A stretch of 64,000 nucleotides of DNA, from the NCBI RefSeq assembly GCF_009914755.1, contig NC_060933.1; one strand, 5' to 3'. This stretch comes from the human T2T-CHM13v2.0 reference genome, Homo sapiens. How positions within the stretch are numbered: the stretch's first letter is position 1; each line of letters begins with the position of its first letter. The notes beneath the pieces are model-generated. The model worked only from the letters and a program-made list of their open reading frames with translations, did not search any database and was not told where the DNA came from. Position numbers and translations under genes: made by a program. Below, piece by piece: positions 28,691 to 42,455 of the stretch.

Positions 28691-28999
28691 ACATGGATGA
28701 AGCTGGAAACCATCATTCTCAGCAAACTAACACAAGAACAGAAAACCAAACACCGCATGTTCTCTCTCGTAAGTGGGAGTTGAACAATGAGAACACATGG
28801 ACACAGGGAGGGGAACATCACACACCAGGGACTGTCGGGGGGTGGGGGGGCCTAGGGGACGGATAGCATTAGGAGAAATACCAAATGTAGGTGACGGGTT
28901 GATGGGTGTGGCAAACCACCATGGCACATGTATACTTATGTAACAAACCTGCATGTTCTGCACATGTACCCCAGAACTTAAAGTATAATTTAAAAAAAA
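28691..28999 (+). mobile_element. L1PA7-like 3' end
   Basis: ACATGGATGAAGCTGGAAACC...GATAGCATTAGGAGAAATACC...GTACCCCAGAACTTAAAGTATAAT. Confidence 0.9.
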
Positions 29000-30203
29000 T
29001 GAATTAATATGCCAGCAAGTCTCAAGCTATTGTGATTGCAGGGAACATTTCTGCGGTGGCAGCTGCTAACTAATGCTTCAGAAGGCTACGTTGAGTCAAT
29101 TGGATAATATTTGCTAAAGATAGATGTGAAATATCATAGATCGCCACAAAAACAGCGACTGGAAATCCTAAAGAGTTGAGAAGTGATATTAACATAGCAG
29201 TCTACATCTTCCAAATTGATAAATAAGAGTCACAAACTTCTGTGAAAAAAAACTATCCATAAAGGGAGGAAATTCAGGCCTTTGTTTCCTTAGCAATAGA
29301 GTCTATTTATGCAATTCTGTCTCGGGTCTTCAAGGAAGCTGAGCAGAGGTAAGACTATGGTAGAGATGAAAAATAAAGGACACTGAGAAATGGAATATCT
29401 CTGACTCTATACATCTCATGGGACATGCTAAGTCAGTTTCTCCTTTTGTTATTGGGATCAATCATGACCATACTGTTCGAATCTAAATATTTACAGTTCT
29501 ATTGACAGAAATGAGTAACTGAACTGAAATGCTTTCTCACAATAGAAAGCATAAGTGCATATGTGTCTAAAGAACATTTTCAATATATGATAGCAAGTCA
29601 TGACAGCAAAATCATGCCTTCATCACAGAGGAGAAATCGTGTTTCTTGTTTGCTATGGCAATGGGACCCATCCGTGGGTCAAAAGGCAGAATCAGCCTTT
29701 TAGATACACTCATGGAACACCTTTACATCTGGCATGTGAAGATACTAGTCTATTTTGATTCTCTTAATGCTGTTAAAATGTATGTTTTCATAGCTAGGGT
29801 TTTAAACCACAATTTTTTGTTTGTTTGTTTTTAGGTTATATATGCTAGAAAAATAACGCCTCTAAAGGGAATTGTGTTTTCCTAACTTTAGTCTTATAAA
29901 ATTAGAGGATAATAGTCAATAATAGCTGGTTTCACTTAAAACTTACTCACTCTACCTTGAAAATATTGGACCCAATTAGGGACAAGAAAGGATTGGTTTT
30001 TGTGTTGCTTTGTTGTTGCTGTTTAGCTGCTTAGTTGTTTTGATTTGGTTGAATTTGAAAAGAGGTTAAGAGGAAAATATGTGAACGTTTGGGGTTCCTA
30101 AAAACAAGTGAATCTTGCCCTGTTTGGTAGCCGAAGGGAGAATCTGATCCTTCTAATCCCAGGGACAAAGCTAGCACTTGTTACAAAAGAAATGGAGGCC
30201 TGA

Positions 30204-30668
<465 letters not shown>

Positions 30669-31959
30669 TCAGATAATCAAATGTCAGCTCTTGGGGGACA
30701 CAAAAAGGAGCAGTTTTCATTTTCAGTTTCTATTGCATGTTTTTTCCTCCACTCAATCTTTTTGAGATCAGTAGGCAGTCTGTAGGGTACACTCAGAAAT
30801 GAAAACTCATCCAAAATTGAAGAAATGTATGCTGGATTAAGGAAGTAGCACAGGGAATATCAAATTCCTCAGCATTTAGTATGTGTAACTTTTTCAGCAG
30901 GGAATATGCACTAGGGAATGTGGAAGGCCAGAATTCTCCCCCTATAATCCCTCTGTTTATGTTTTCCTAAACCATACACAGAGCTCCCCTGGACTGACTC
31001 TAGAGGGGCTCCATGAGCAGAGGCCAAAACAGATCAATGTTGACTCCAAATGCTAACCCTAAGGATTGTCCAATATTTGCATTAATTCAGCCTCTCTTGA
31101 AATCTCTGGTTTTGGAAGGAAAAAAGAATTTCACAATCTGGTTAACATCTGGCTTGCTGGCATTAACTGAAAACTTTGCTGCGGTTCTGTTTTAAGACTC
31201 TGTGGAACTCCCTGTAGATAATGCCTGATCTTGGAAAGTTTAATGAAGCAGATGGCTCTCTTAAATAGAAAAATCTAACTACAGGAGGCAAGCACCCAAG
31301 AAGCTCCCTCAAAGGAGCAATTGTTCTCTTCCCCAGCACCCATTCTGCCAGCACCATAAGAAATCACTTTACTACTTGTTCCCGACTTTTAAAAAATGAA
31401 ATAATATTTGAAAACCAGATTAGTTGATTGTGGCCTTTTATCTCATTTCCTGATCGCTTAGTTGATCAGCATTTTCTATAGCTCATTTTTAGAGAAATGC
31501 AGATTTCTTATCCATTCAGAATTTTTACCAAGATAGTTTGAAGTTGAAGATTTTATTTAGCTTTATTTTCCTTTAAAACAAGGGAACATCTTTTTAAATG
31601 TTAGTTTCTCAGAACCACCTTCTATACTCAGGTTTTTAATATTTTTTAAGCAAGTATTTTCTTTAATGCATCAACAAGTCCTCGTGGCATAGAAAGCATA
31701 GATTAGGAAGCAGCTAGTAATTAGATGCTTTGTAGTAAACAAAGGCCTCTGTTTACAGCTCTCTTTAGAGTTTCAAAAGAACAACTTAGCAACTGTAATT
31801 CACACCTCAAATCAATTACACATACCACAAGCATCACATTTTTCTCCTAAACAAAGGTGAGCAGGAAACATATTCCTTCCTACTTGGTACAAGAATGAAA
31901 TTCCAGTATCTAAGGCATAAGCAAAACTATCTGTAGTCCTTGGAATGTTAGCTTCTGGG

Positions 31960-32070
31960 TCATTTCAGTATTTACTGAGAACCTCTTGTGTGGTAGGAAC
32001 TGTGCCAGTTGCTGGGCACACAGCAGTGAATGAGGAAAACTTGAATCCTGCCTCACATAGCTAATAGTTC
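31960..32070 (-). mobile_element. L2 3' fragment
   Basis: GTATTTACTGAG...ACTGTGCCAGTTGCTGGGCACACAGCAGTGAA. Confidence 0.65.
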
Positions 32071-32449
32071 CATGATTTGTCAGTTTTTAAGTATATGCTG
32101 CCACAATGCACATGGTACATGAAGCATATATGTGTAACACACTCTCAGAGGTGACTTCAAAATGATAGACAATTCTTACCATACTATGCCAAACTCCATC
32201 TATTCTGTTACCATTAAAGGAAATATTGAAATGCAAATGAGTAACAGTGACATTAGTATACAAATAACTTTGAATGTATTCTTTATTTTTTTAAAGTACT
32301 TCACAAATGTCAGATCTTTATGACTAGTAATAAATTACTGGCAATGAATTATTGTGATCATACTCTGGGTCATCTGTATTGGAGTTGAAAACCACAAGTC
32401 TAGTTACCTATCTTTGAAACTGCTTTTCGGGTTACAAATCAGATTTACT

Positions 32450-32610
32450 CCCAATATCTCATTCAACTTTTGTAACCACCTTGTAAGTTAAGTGGGGCAG
32501 GCTTATTAGCCCCATTTTAAGGATGAGGAAATCACGGCTCAAATCACTCAACTAGACAGTGGTTAATTCTCTTCCGTGGTCTTCTTGCTCCAGACCATGT
32601 GCCCTTACCA
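32450..32610 (-). mobile_element. MIR SINE
   Basis: TATTAGCCCCATTTTAAGGATGAGGAAATCACGGCTCA. Confidence 0.7.
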
Positions 32611-33994
32611 CTCACATGGGAGTTAGATACATGTATCTTCTGAGAGTCAAAAAACAAAAAGTCAAAAACAAAAACAAGCATGGTGAGGGCTTTGCAAGCA
32701 TTAAAAACTACACTGAAAACATGAGTATCAGAGAAAAGGGTGAGCAGGACTCTGAGGAATTTGATAGTTCAGTCTACATACTGTATAAACTAGGTCTGGA
32801 GCATACATATGGTGTCCAACTTGGCACAGATTAATATATGTACAAAACAACTCAATCACTTTCTCTCTTTGCCAACTGTATTGTTAAATTGTTTTTATTA
32901 AAGATAAAACATTTGTATTGTCTTTTGTCATCTTTATTTTCTTCAACGAAGACCATTTTTATAATCTTTATTAAAAGTAATGTACCCACATCTTCCCTTC
33001 AGGTCATCAGCTAACCCGTTCCCTGCTGAATGGGAAACAAGCCCTTTTAAACATTGTTAATTGTACCAAGGTGGACACAGGACCCAATCCAGGCCAAGCG
33101 GATTTTCATCTGAAATTTGAGTGCAAGGTTTATAAGGATATGGAAAGTTAGTACTGAGATGGCCATATTCAAGTAGAAAAAAAACAACCTATAAAGAGTA
33201 AAAGAGAAAATAAAGTAGAAACACACACAAAAAGAGAAGAGAGGTTCCAGAGGGGAGAAAAGATAGGAAGAAAATAAATACTTTCACTCCTTGAGCTTTC
33301 AAATTGGAAGCACCAGTTCTCTGTGAGGCCCAATTGTACGCCTTGCTCTTGCCCTCTTGCCCTCCAAGAGTTCTTGGAGGCACTCTAGTATTCGTCCAGT
33401 AATTTTTCTTTCTTTTCTTTCTTTCTCCTTTTTTTTCTTTATCCAGTTGGAGAAGGTTTCTGCTTCTCATACCCAAGTAGTTAAGCCCATCTATAAATGC
33501 CCATTTTTCATACCAGCTAGTCTAGAACCCTTTCTTTTGTTCTAAACATTAGGAAGGAACAAAGTCATTTAGTTTCCATACTCACTCTTATGATTTAGAA
33601 TAAATCTGCCTTCTCAGAAAATTCTGCCTCCTGACATAGAAAATTGCATTGTTTCATATCCCACAACCCGAGACCTCTGTCTATTAGTCATACATTGTAG
33701 CTTTACAGCCTAGGTCAATCTTCTCATCAAACATTTATAAACCAACATCCTTTCCTCTTATAATTCATTGCTATCTCTTTGCCTTCTCAGTTTGCATACT
33801 CATCAGTTTTACTCACTAATTATTCCCTATTGCCAATTTCAGTCACAGATGTAGGGCAATGTTTACTCTGACACGAATCAGTATATTTCCCCTCATTGCA
33901 TTGCACCAGCCTTCAGGATTGTGGGAAGCAATACTGACCTTTGGCTGACTTAAAGTAGAACTTGCCCAAAGCACAGGATATAGCTATGACCCTA

Positions 33995-34425
33995 TGTTGG
34001 TCAAGACACTGATTGCAAGGAATAAAAATCTCATTCAAATCGCTTAAGGCATGTGGAATTTACTGGCTCAAAAGACTTAGAAAAAGACAAGAAAGCAAGT
34101 GCTACGAGGACTTTCTTATTTCTCATTTCTACTTCTTTCTGCCTGATGGCTTTATTTTCTCTTCTCACAAGTGGGTCTTCTTCACATGACAGGACACTTA
34201 ACCACTAATAGCTCCTAAACTTCCACTACAGAGATAACTGAATTACCTTCTCCAACTCCACTCTGAAAACTTCCAGGGGAGGACTCTTATTGGCCTAGCT
34301 TGGCCCAGATGTCCACCTGTCAGCCAATCAACTGTGACAAGAGGAGACACAGTGACTAGACTGACAGCCCTCACCAGAAACACATGGTTGGAACAGGGGT
34401 AGGAGCAGTACTCCTCTAAGAAGCA
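33995..34425 (-). mobile_element. Old MaLR LTR (MLT1J/K/L-like)
   Basis: TTGCAAGGAATAAAAATCTCATTCAAA...GGACTCTTATTGGCCTAGCTTGG...CCAATCAACTGTG. Confidence 0.7.
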
Positions 34426-34429
34426 AAAG

Positions 34430-34795
34430 TACTCCAGCAATTCCACTTCTGGATGTATACCCAAAAGAACTGAAACTAGGGACTTGAAGAGATAGCTGTA
34501 TACCTATGTTCATATCAGTAATATTTATGATAGCCTAAAGGTAAAAGTGACCCAGGTTAGCTGCTGACAGAAGAATGGATAAACAAAACGTGACATATGC
34601 ATACAATGGAATAGTATTCAGCCTTGAAAAGGAAGAAAATATTGACACATGCTACAACATGAATGAATCTTAAGGACATTATGCTAAGTTAAATAAGTCA
34701 GTTACAAAAGAACTTTAAAATAAGGTGATAAATTTTATGTTATGTGTATTCTACTACAATTTTTTAGAGAACAATATTTTTTAACTAAAAAAAGA
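34430..34795 (+). mobile_element. L1MB-like 3' fragment with internal deletion
   Basis: CCAGCAATTCCACTTCTGGATGTATACCCAAAAGAACTGAAA...AATTTTATGTTATGTGTATT. Confidence 0.8.
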
Positions 34796-35037
34796 GGTAG
34801 TACTACTCCCAGAAGAAAGACAAGGTTATAGATAAAACAACTGATGAACGCTACAGTTACAGACAGGAAGGAAGATTATTCATCCTATTACTACTAATGA
34901 TAAAAACCTTAGGGACGGTTGAGCAAAGGAACCATGATGGTCACACTGAAAAATAGAAGAATCCTTGGCCAGTCTAATTATGCATAATCAGAGCAGGCAG
35001 GAAAGATAAAAACACCAAATCTACCAACAACAGCTTC

Positions 35038-35040
<3 letters not shown>

Positions 35041-35075
<35 letters not shown>
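35041..35075. repeat. (TA)17 microsatellite
   Basis: Read directly. Confidence 0.95.
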
Positions 35076-35078
<3 letters not shown>

Positions 35079-35189
35079 TTATAGCTATAAGTCAGGGCCA
35101 TTGTTTTAGAATATGGCGGAAAAAACTCAGAAATTAACGTCAGGTTGAAATTCTATTCAAAAGTTTGATTTCCTTAATACACACTTTTT

Positions 35190-35850
35190 AAAAATTTAAA
35201 TAAAAACCAAATTCAGAGGAGCAATGCCAAGAAGAGTTGAAGATGGCCATACTCTATGATTCAGTAATCTATGCCTAGATATATACTACAGAGAAACAGT
35301 TATTTGTATCCACCCCGAGACAAAGACTGGGAATCTCTCTAGCAACGATACTTACAATAGAAAAATATAGGGACTCACTCAAACTTCCCTTGACAAAAGA
35401 ATGACTAAATAAATAGTAGGGGTTTTTCCCCCTACAATGGAATACTGTGCAGTAGCGAAAGTAAATAAACGTAGTTACATTAACATGGATAGATTTTGTA
35501 AGCATAATGTTAAGCAAAACAAACAGACTCTAATTCATCTATGTAAAGATCAAATCTTGTATAGTAAAAGCTACTTATGGAAACACACAGATAAAGTAAA
35601 GCTTTAAAGAAAATCAAGAGATGATCATAACTTTCGGCATAGTAGCTATCTCTGGGTAGACAAATAGGAACAGCATTAGGGGAGGGACACTCAAAGGGCT
35701 TAGAAGGTACTGACACTCTTCTGTTTCTTAAGCTGGTTTGTAAATACACCAGTGTTCAAGTCATTATTAAATTTCAGTTTATTCTATACATATATGTTAT
35801 GCATATACATTATACAACTTTTACTGGATACATTTAATAGCAAAATATGT
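35190..35850 (+). mobile_element. L1ME-like 3' end
   Basis: ACAATGGAATACTGTGCAG...CATGGATAGATTTTGTAAGCATAATGTTAAGCAAAA...TTCTGTTTCTTAAGCTGG. Confidence 0.7.
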
Positions 35851-37589
35851 TTTTAGAAAGCTAAATAGAGAGAAGTCCTTTTCACATGTCTCACTGTGTT
35901 AATGCTGTAGAACCAAATTAGTGTTTGGAAGATGCTGGACTTTGGTGTGCAGCAGTGTGTTGGAAGTTAGCTACCCATTATTGAAATGTGCAATGCACAA
36001 GGGTAGATTTACTTCTGCATTTATCTCTTCAATGCACTTGTGTTTTTATATTTTCTTCTGACACTTGGAAGACAAAGGAAGAAAAAAATAATGGAAACAA
36101 TTACTTGGAAATAGAAGTTGACATTTGAATGCATTGCCCAATAGACATGTAGAGTTATACATTTACCCAATTTAAAATGAAGTTTTTACATGAGCAGCTG
36201 AAAGAGAAAAATAAATATGGACCTGGATATCTGATTAAAATATGTTCTCATTTTAATGCTTTATTGAGTGCAATGGGTGGTTCAAATCACAGTTCCTAGT
36301 GGGTTATGTAAAGCTTTACTCCTTGAGTGAAAATATTTCTGATTAGAACACTCCCCAGGTTACCCAATGTGTTCTGTTTATTCAGCTTATTTCAGACATT
36401 TGCAGGGGAGGGGGCACAAAATTTACACAGAGTAAAAGAGTGAAAGCTGTGATGTGGACTTCCGGTGTGACCTGGCAAATTGGAACATGTCCATGGATAT
36501 AATACCTAGATATTAAAGTTCACAGATACTGAAATTGTCTTTGTCTTTCAACCAAGTAGTGGGCTAAATCATTGTTCGAATTTTTGACATATGGTCCTAG
36601 ACTGGATGAACTTTGCTGGAACTTAGTGTGTGTTTGAAAAAGTCTCCACATAAGGGGATGAAAAAGTAAGTAAACTAGAGGCTTATATATGATATCTGGA
36701 GTGATGAGTATCTTTGGAAAACGTCCCTTAGCTTCTCGGAGCACCTGGAACAATTTACTGGACATTTCACTAAAAAAGGAGCATTTTGTCCTACAACAGA
36801 GGTGAGATACATTTAATGAATAGCTTCTGGTCATTAAAAAAAGGATTTCATACACAGAAAACTACCCTCTGTTTTTTTCTTTCAAAAGGAAAATATAAGT
36901 GGAAAAACACACAGGATACTCAGTTTATACAGCATCTCTTCCCTCTGAGTCTCTCTGAGGCCACAGAAAATTGTCCAGGAATATTGGACACCAAAAGGAA
37001 AATAAAACTGGTGGCCTTACAACAACCAAAAATAAAGACAGAACACATACAAAACAGTATCCGTAGGAAAAATTATTTTGAAGCCTCTGCTCTTTTTGGC
37101 AGGGCCACAGATGTGAACAATAGCACAGGAAAAAATTACTCAGAACCATATAAATGAATTTCACTGTATAGAGCTTTCAAAAGAAAAGGCCCAACAATTG
37201 CAAAACAAAACAAAAAGCAATCCAAAAATTGCCTGAGACCACAGTCCCCAATCATCAAGTCAGTCTAAAGAGAAAAAGCCAATATGGAAACATTATGTGG
37301 GTTGGATTCCAGGACTTTCCTCTTGGAATATCTCCTTAATGCCTATTTGACACTCAGTCAGCATTTATTAATTTCTCCAGAATATAGTTTTCCAAAGTTA
37401 AACTCTCTGAAGAGTTATCCTATCAAACCACCTGGAAATATAACTGTATACGGGTCACAGAGAGGACTTTTGAAATTAACAAAATGTATTTTTGTTATCT
37501 TTGTATGTCACATCTTACCCAAGAGAGTAAATTGAAAACAGATTCTACTTAACAGAATATTTCTTTGTATTAAACGAGCTTGTTCATTT

Positions 37590-38212
37590 GGAAACTCTGA
37601 TCGAGAGTGAAAATAGGAAGTGATGCCCTTTAAAATATACTATAAATGATTATAAAGAATGGTAATCAGACATCGGCGAGTGCACAGCCTCAAGGTGGCT
37701 ACGTGCCTTGTGTACTCATCACACTTGGCCCTGTGGAGCCTGGGTGGCTTCACCTGACCTTGTCTACTGGGCCAACTTACCCGCCAGATCCCCCAAAGCC
37801 AGGGTCTGTGGCGCCCCTTTCTCCCCTCTTGCTCCAGACAGCGAGGGGGCTTCTCCACAGTTGAGGGCAGGGAGCGCGGTCTTTGCCGAGCCCGCACACT
37901 GCTCCCAGGACAGCCGGCACAGGCAGACGCAGCCCTGGCACCGGGAGCAGGTGTGGGCTCCAGCTACAAGAAGGAGATCTCAGAAATGGGAAATACGGCC
38001 ACTCTTGTCACCCAACTTCTTTTTGAAATATTGTTCTTTTCACAAAAATGTGTTGTGTTCAAATGCTATTGGTTTACTTTTGTTATATGGAAATGAATAC
38101 TTTTCTAACTTCTCAGTTAAAAAAAAAAAGAATGGTGATCAGAGAAGCTTAAAAAAGACATTTTCCTAATCAATAAGTAACTTGAGAAATCATGATCCCA
38201 AAAGGGTTCCAA
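37590..38212 (+). mobile_element. Charlie1-like hAT transposon 3' fragment
   Basis: 37985-38120 (GCCACTCTTGTCAC...TTTTCACAAAAATGTGTT...TTCTCAGTT) matches the recalled Charlie1 3' end; the upstream extension is inferred. Confidence 0.6.
37670..38000. promoter_or_regulatory. Small GC/CpG-rich patch, candidate promoter or enhancer
   Basis: 14 CpGs in ~330 bp; 70% GC at 37861-37920 in an AT-rich background; minus-strand donor CGG|GTAAGT at 37781/37780. Confidence 0.5.
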
Positions 38213-39353
38213 TGTAATATTTTTTTCCAGCAGAGAACATTCCTAGAGCCTGAAACTGTGATGGAATGGTAGAACCTAATGGAATGGATAGTTTTAATTC
38301 GTGTTTTTGTGCAACTCCTCAGCTCTCCTTTCTGTTGGAATTAGAGCATCCAGAGACACAATACATCTGGGCAGAGGCAGTTTAGAGGCAAATAATGAAG
38401 TCTATCATTGTCTCAACACTCACTGTATTACATTTCTCATTTAACACTCCATTCTTCTGCAACCAGGGAGACATCCTTTTTCCTCAAGGCCCTCCATTTA
38501 CCAAAAGGTACATGTTCCAAACACCCACTACTAGATGATGCCCTCTGCTACATTCATTGTATAAACTACTCAATCTATGCACTGAGGACAAACTGATTTT
38601 ATCCCAGGCAATAATCCTAATTGATTGGTAATACCTCCTGGGCATGTACTGGCAAGGAAGCTAAGGCCCTATTGAGACTTGGTGGCAAAGTGTGCCATAG
38701 TTGATTTGCAATGTCTGCCACAATGCAGGGGTGGAGGCTGAGAAACATCCATGTCTTGTATTGTCATCCTCACACCAACATGTTACTTTTCCCACACACG
38801 GCAGCTCTGTAGATTTCTACTAACATGGATTTATTGAGACCAGTTCTTTATCCAAAAGCATAATTCTAAAAGCAGAGTTCAGCCCCATAGCTACTTGATG
38901 CAGAAGATTATAGGGGGTGGACTCAGCTTTGCAGAGCTCTTCAATTTACTCCATATAGAAAGCAACCTCAATGAGTTAGCAAAAAAGTAAATAAGCATAC
39001 TTCTTATAGTTGCATTTATATGTTGTTTTAAGTAATACTTCTCTGCTAATGATGTCCTGAAAGAAAACCAGCAGCAGTCTAGGCAGCATTGTAATGTGGC
39101 AAAAGACAACCCTTGTTGACCTCACATGTGCAGGAGGGGATGAAGGCTTGGAGCATGGGATATGGTCTGGTGCTCATTAAAACACATACATACAACTTCA
39201 CTTCTCTTTAATATAAAAGTATTTTTAAAGATAAGATGATTTTGCCTTTTGTACATGGGGGGTCTCTCCAATAAAACAAAGATAAAGTCAAATTAAACGA
39301 TTGCCATGTGTTTAGGAGCAAATGGGGTTAGACCAAAGGAAGAGTCCACTTAC

Positions 39354-39435
39354 CACAGTGCCTAGCAACTGTGCAGTGCTTTCAGAAGGAAGATCGGCCA
39401 GCGACTCCCTCCATCCTCCTTCCCTCCCCCACTTC
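39354..39435 (-). other. Candidate 82-nt exon (probably 5'UTR or non-coding) of a minus-strand transcript
   Basis: Acceptor ...ttttcttcataaatgctgtgtattacag|GAAG and consensus donor GTG|GTAAGT. Confidence 0.5.
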
Positions 39436-40699
39436 CTGTAATACACAGCATTTATGAAGAAAAGTGAAAATGTGGATTTGCTGCCTGATGTAAACTTTAA
39501 ATATTTGCCCTTTGGTTCATCCTGAGTACGTTATAGAACACACTGAATGTCTAGCTCATTCCTCTCTAGTAGCTTCAAGCTTTTCTTTTGCCTGGAGGAC
39601 TACTTTTAACCTCTGAATGTATATCCAGTCCTTCTTCCAGGTCAAAGGGTAAACCGTACACTCCTTCATGCCCCCATAACCAGTATTTCTCTCCTTCTAA
39701 ATTATGTTGCCTCTAATACAATTTATGAATGAGGCTAAAATTACTCTTGTGCCCTTCATCCATCCTACTGGATATCTGAAGACCATCGGCATTCTTAGAG
39801 GCTAGAGAGCTGCTTCCAGAGTTGAGTGGTATAGAAGGCTCACAGACTTGAGAAGCACCTTACTTTCCTCTTGCCTGATCTCTTTCTCTTAAACTTCATA
39901 AAAACCTACACGGAATCTGATAGGTAAAGCCCTTCTAGTGTATTATTAAGCTAGGATGTATTTTTCCTAGGTGTCTTGTGGCCTTATTGTTTCTATGTTT
40001 CTAAATATGTTATATGTTTCTATATTCATATAACATATGTTATGTTTCTAAAATGCATACCCATCCTCATTCTAGAAGATCCTTAAGAAATCATTCTAAT
40101 CATGATCTCAGGCCTAAGATTGAGACAATGTTTTTGGTTAGGTGGTCCTTTCTATTAATACAACATTAGATTACTTCAAAAGGTAGATATCTTCTCCTCT
40201 TCTCTAAGACCAGCCCACTGCTAAATATCTTCAGAACTTCACAGTTGTCTACACTGAAGAGTAGGTAGAAGAGAGTAGGCCTCAGTGGAGTCAGAAAATT
40301 CAGGAGGAGCTAATTGAGGAAGAGGGAATTTCTTGAAATTCATTCAAGAAGTAGGACTCAGCACATTTTTTTTAAAGACAGCCATGCAGAGACAAAAATT
40401 TAAATGTTCTGATGAATTGAAGCCTGTATATTTGGCACACAGTAGCAGTGACAGGTAAAATTCAATTGTCATTTACCAAAATCCTTGAAAGAAATAAAGG
40501 TAAAAGGAAAAGTTGTTCAAGTTGGGAAGATCAGATGGTTAGCTTTTTTAGGAAAAAGATCAAACACCCATATATGACTTAGAAGTGTCCCCCACCCCCA
40601 CCCCGTTATCATGCCACCCTCTACCTTGGTTTTCTTATCTACTAACAGTCTCCCATATGCGTCACACATATTGCCCTATATTGGACTAATTCCATTCTC

Positions 40700-41050
40700 T
40701 CATTACTCTGAGCCCTTGCAGATTCTGTGCCCTTTACTTGGACAGTTCCTGTTTTTCTCCCCATCAAACCAGTACACACCCAAGAATCAACGACCGCATT
40801 CACAGACAAATTTTCCTAACTCTCTTTTCCTTCCAGGACTGGCCTTTGTATATGCATCCCTAGCACTCTCTAATAATTTGGAGATTTCTTAACTGTCTTT
40901 TCCTACTAAACTCAAATCCTTGAGAGTAGTAACCATTCATCTTTTTTTCTCCAGCCCTAACTCAGAACTGAGTATCTAATAGATCCACACTAATATTTAC
41001 TATGAAAAAAAAGTAATATTATGTAATGGATGAAAGAGTGAGTAGACGAA
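40700..41050 (+). mobile_element. L2 LINE 3' region
   Basis: CTGTCTTTTCCTACTAAACTCAAATCCTTGAGAGTAG...AATATTTAC...ATGGATGAA. Confidence 0.55.
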
Positions 41051-41769
41051 TGGTTAAAGCCAAAGGACAAGATAATGGAAAGAGTTCCTACTGTGAGATG
41101 GACAGCAACACAGAGGGAAATGATCAGAAAACCAGTATAGGGACCTCATTCTGCAGTAAGAAGAGTTTGCAGAAAGAACATCTAGTCTCTGACAGAACTG
41201 GGCTAAAACACAGGGGTTCAGTCAAAAAAAAAATGACATGGACAAAACTCAGTAACTGGAGAAGGGGAGTGAAAGGAACCTGGTCACGAAGTTACAAGTG
41301 GTCAGGTTGGCACCACCCTAGGGAATGGAACAAGGTTTCAGTCACAAGTGAATCCAATAATAAGCAGCCATAGCTGGAAGCCAGTAAGTGGAGAACAGGG
41401 CTAGCAAGTTTGGAGTGAGGGCAAGAGCAAAGACTCACTTGATGCTGTGTTGGTAAATTACCAACCTTGAGCTCCCTAAGTGACCCTCACCTTTCTAAGA
41501 TTAAGACCAGGTCTACCATCTAGAAGCTGAAGTGGGACTGCACTTAGAAATATGTGCCACAGTTGCCCAACCTCCTGAGCCTGATTCAAGAACACAGAGT
41601 CAAGAAGACCATTAAAGCTTTATCATTGTTTTTTGTATTCATAAGTAGCCCAGAATACAATTAGCATTTTTATTTCTTTTCTAGTGGGCATTTATTATTA
41701 TTTTCCCATTTTGGAAACTGCTCCTCATCTATGCCACAGAGCCTTGCTTAGACCATAATAAGAGGGAAC

Positions 41770-42455
<686 letters not shown>

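Noticed and set aside
33361-33380. Near-palindrome CCTCCAAGA-GT-TCTTGGAGG
   Set aside because: A 9-bp stem is plausible by chance in 64 kb, and it sits in probable old LTR-like sequence.
37640-38169. ORFs of 72-153 aa over the GC patch
   Set aside because: Expected from stop-codon scarcity in GC-rich DNA; no recognisable domain, and the longest runs into transposon-derived AT-rich sequence.
41026-41373. 115-aa + strand ORF
   Set aside because: Starts in an L2 tail, has no recognisable domain, and lacks promoter or splice support.
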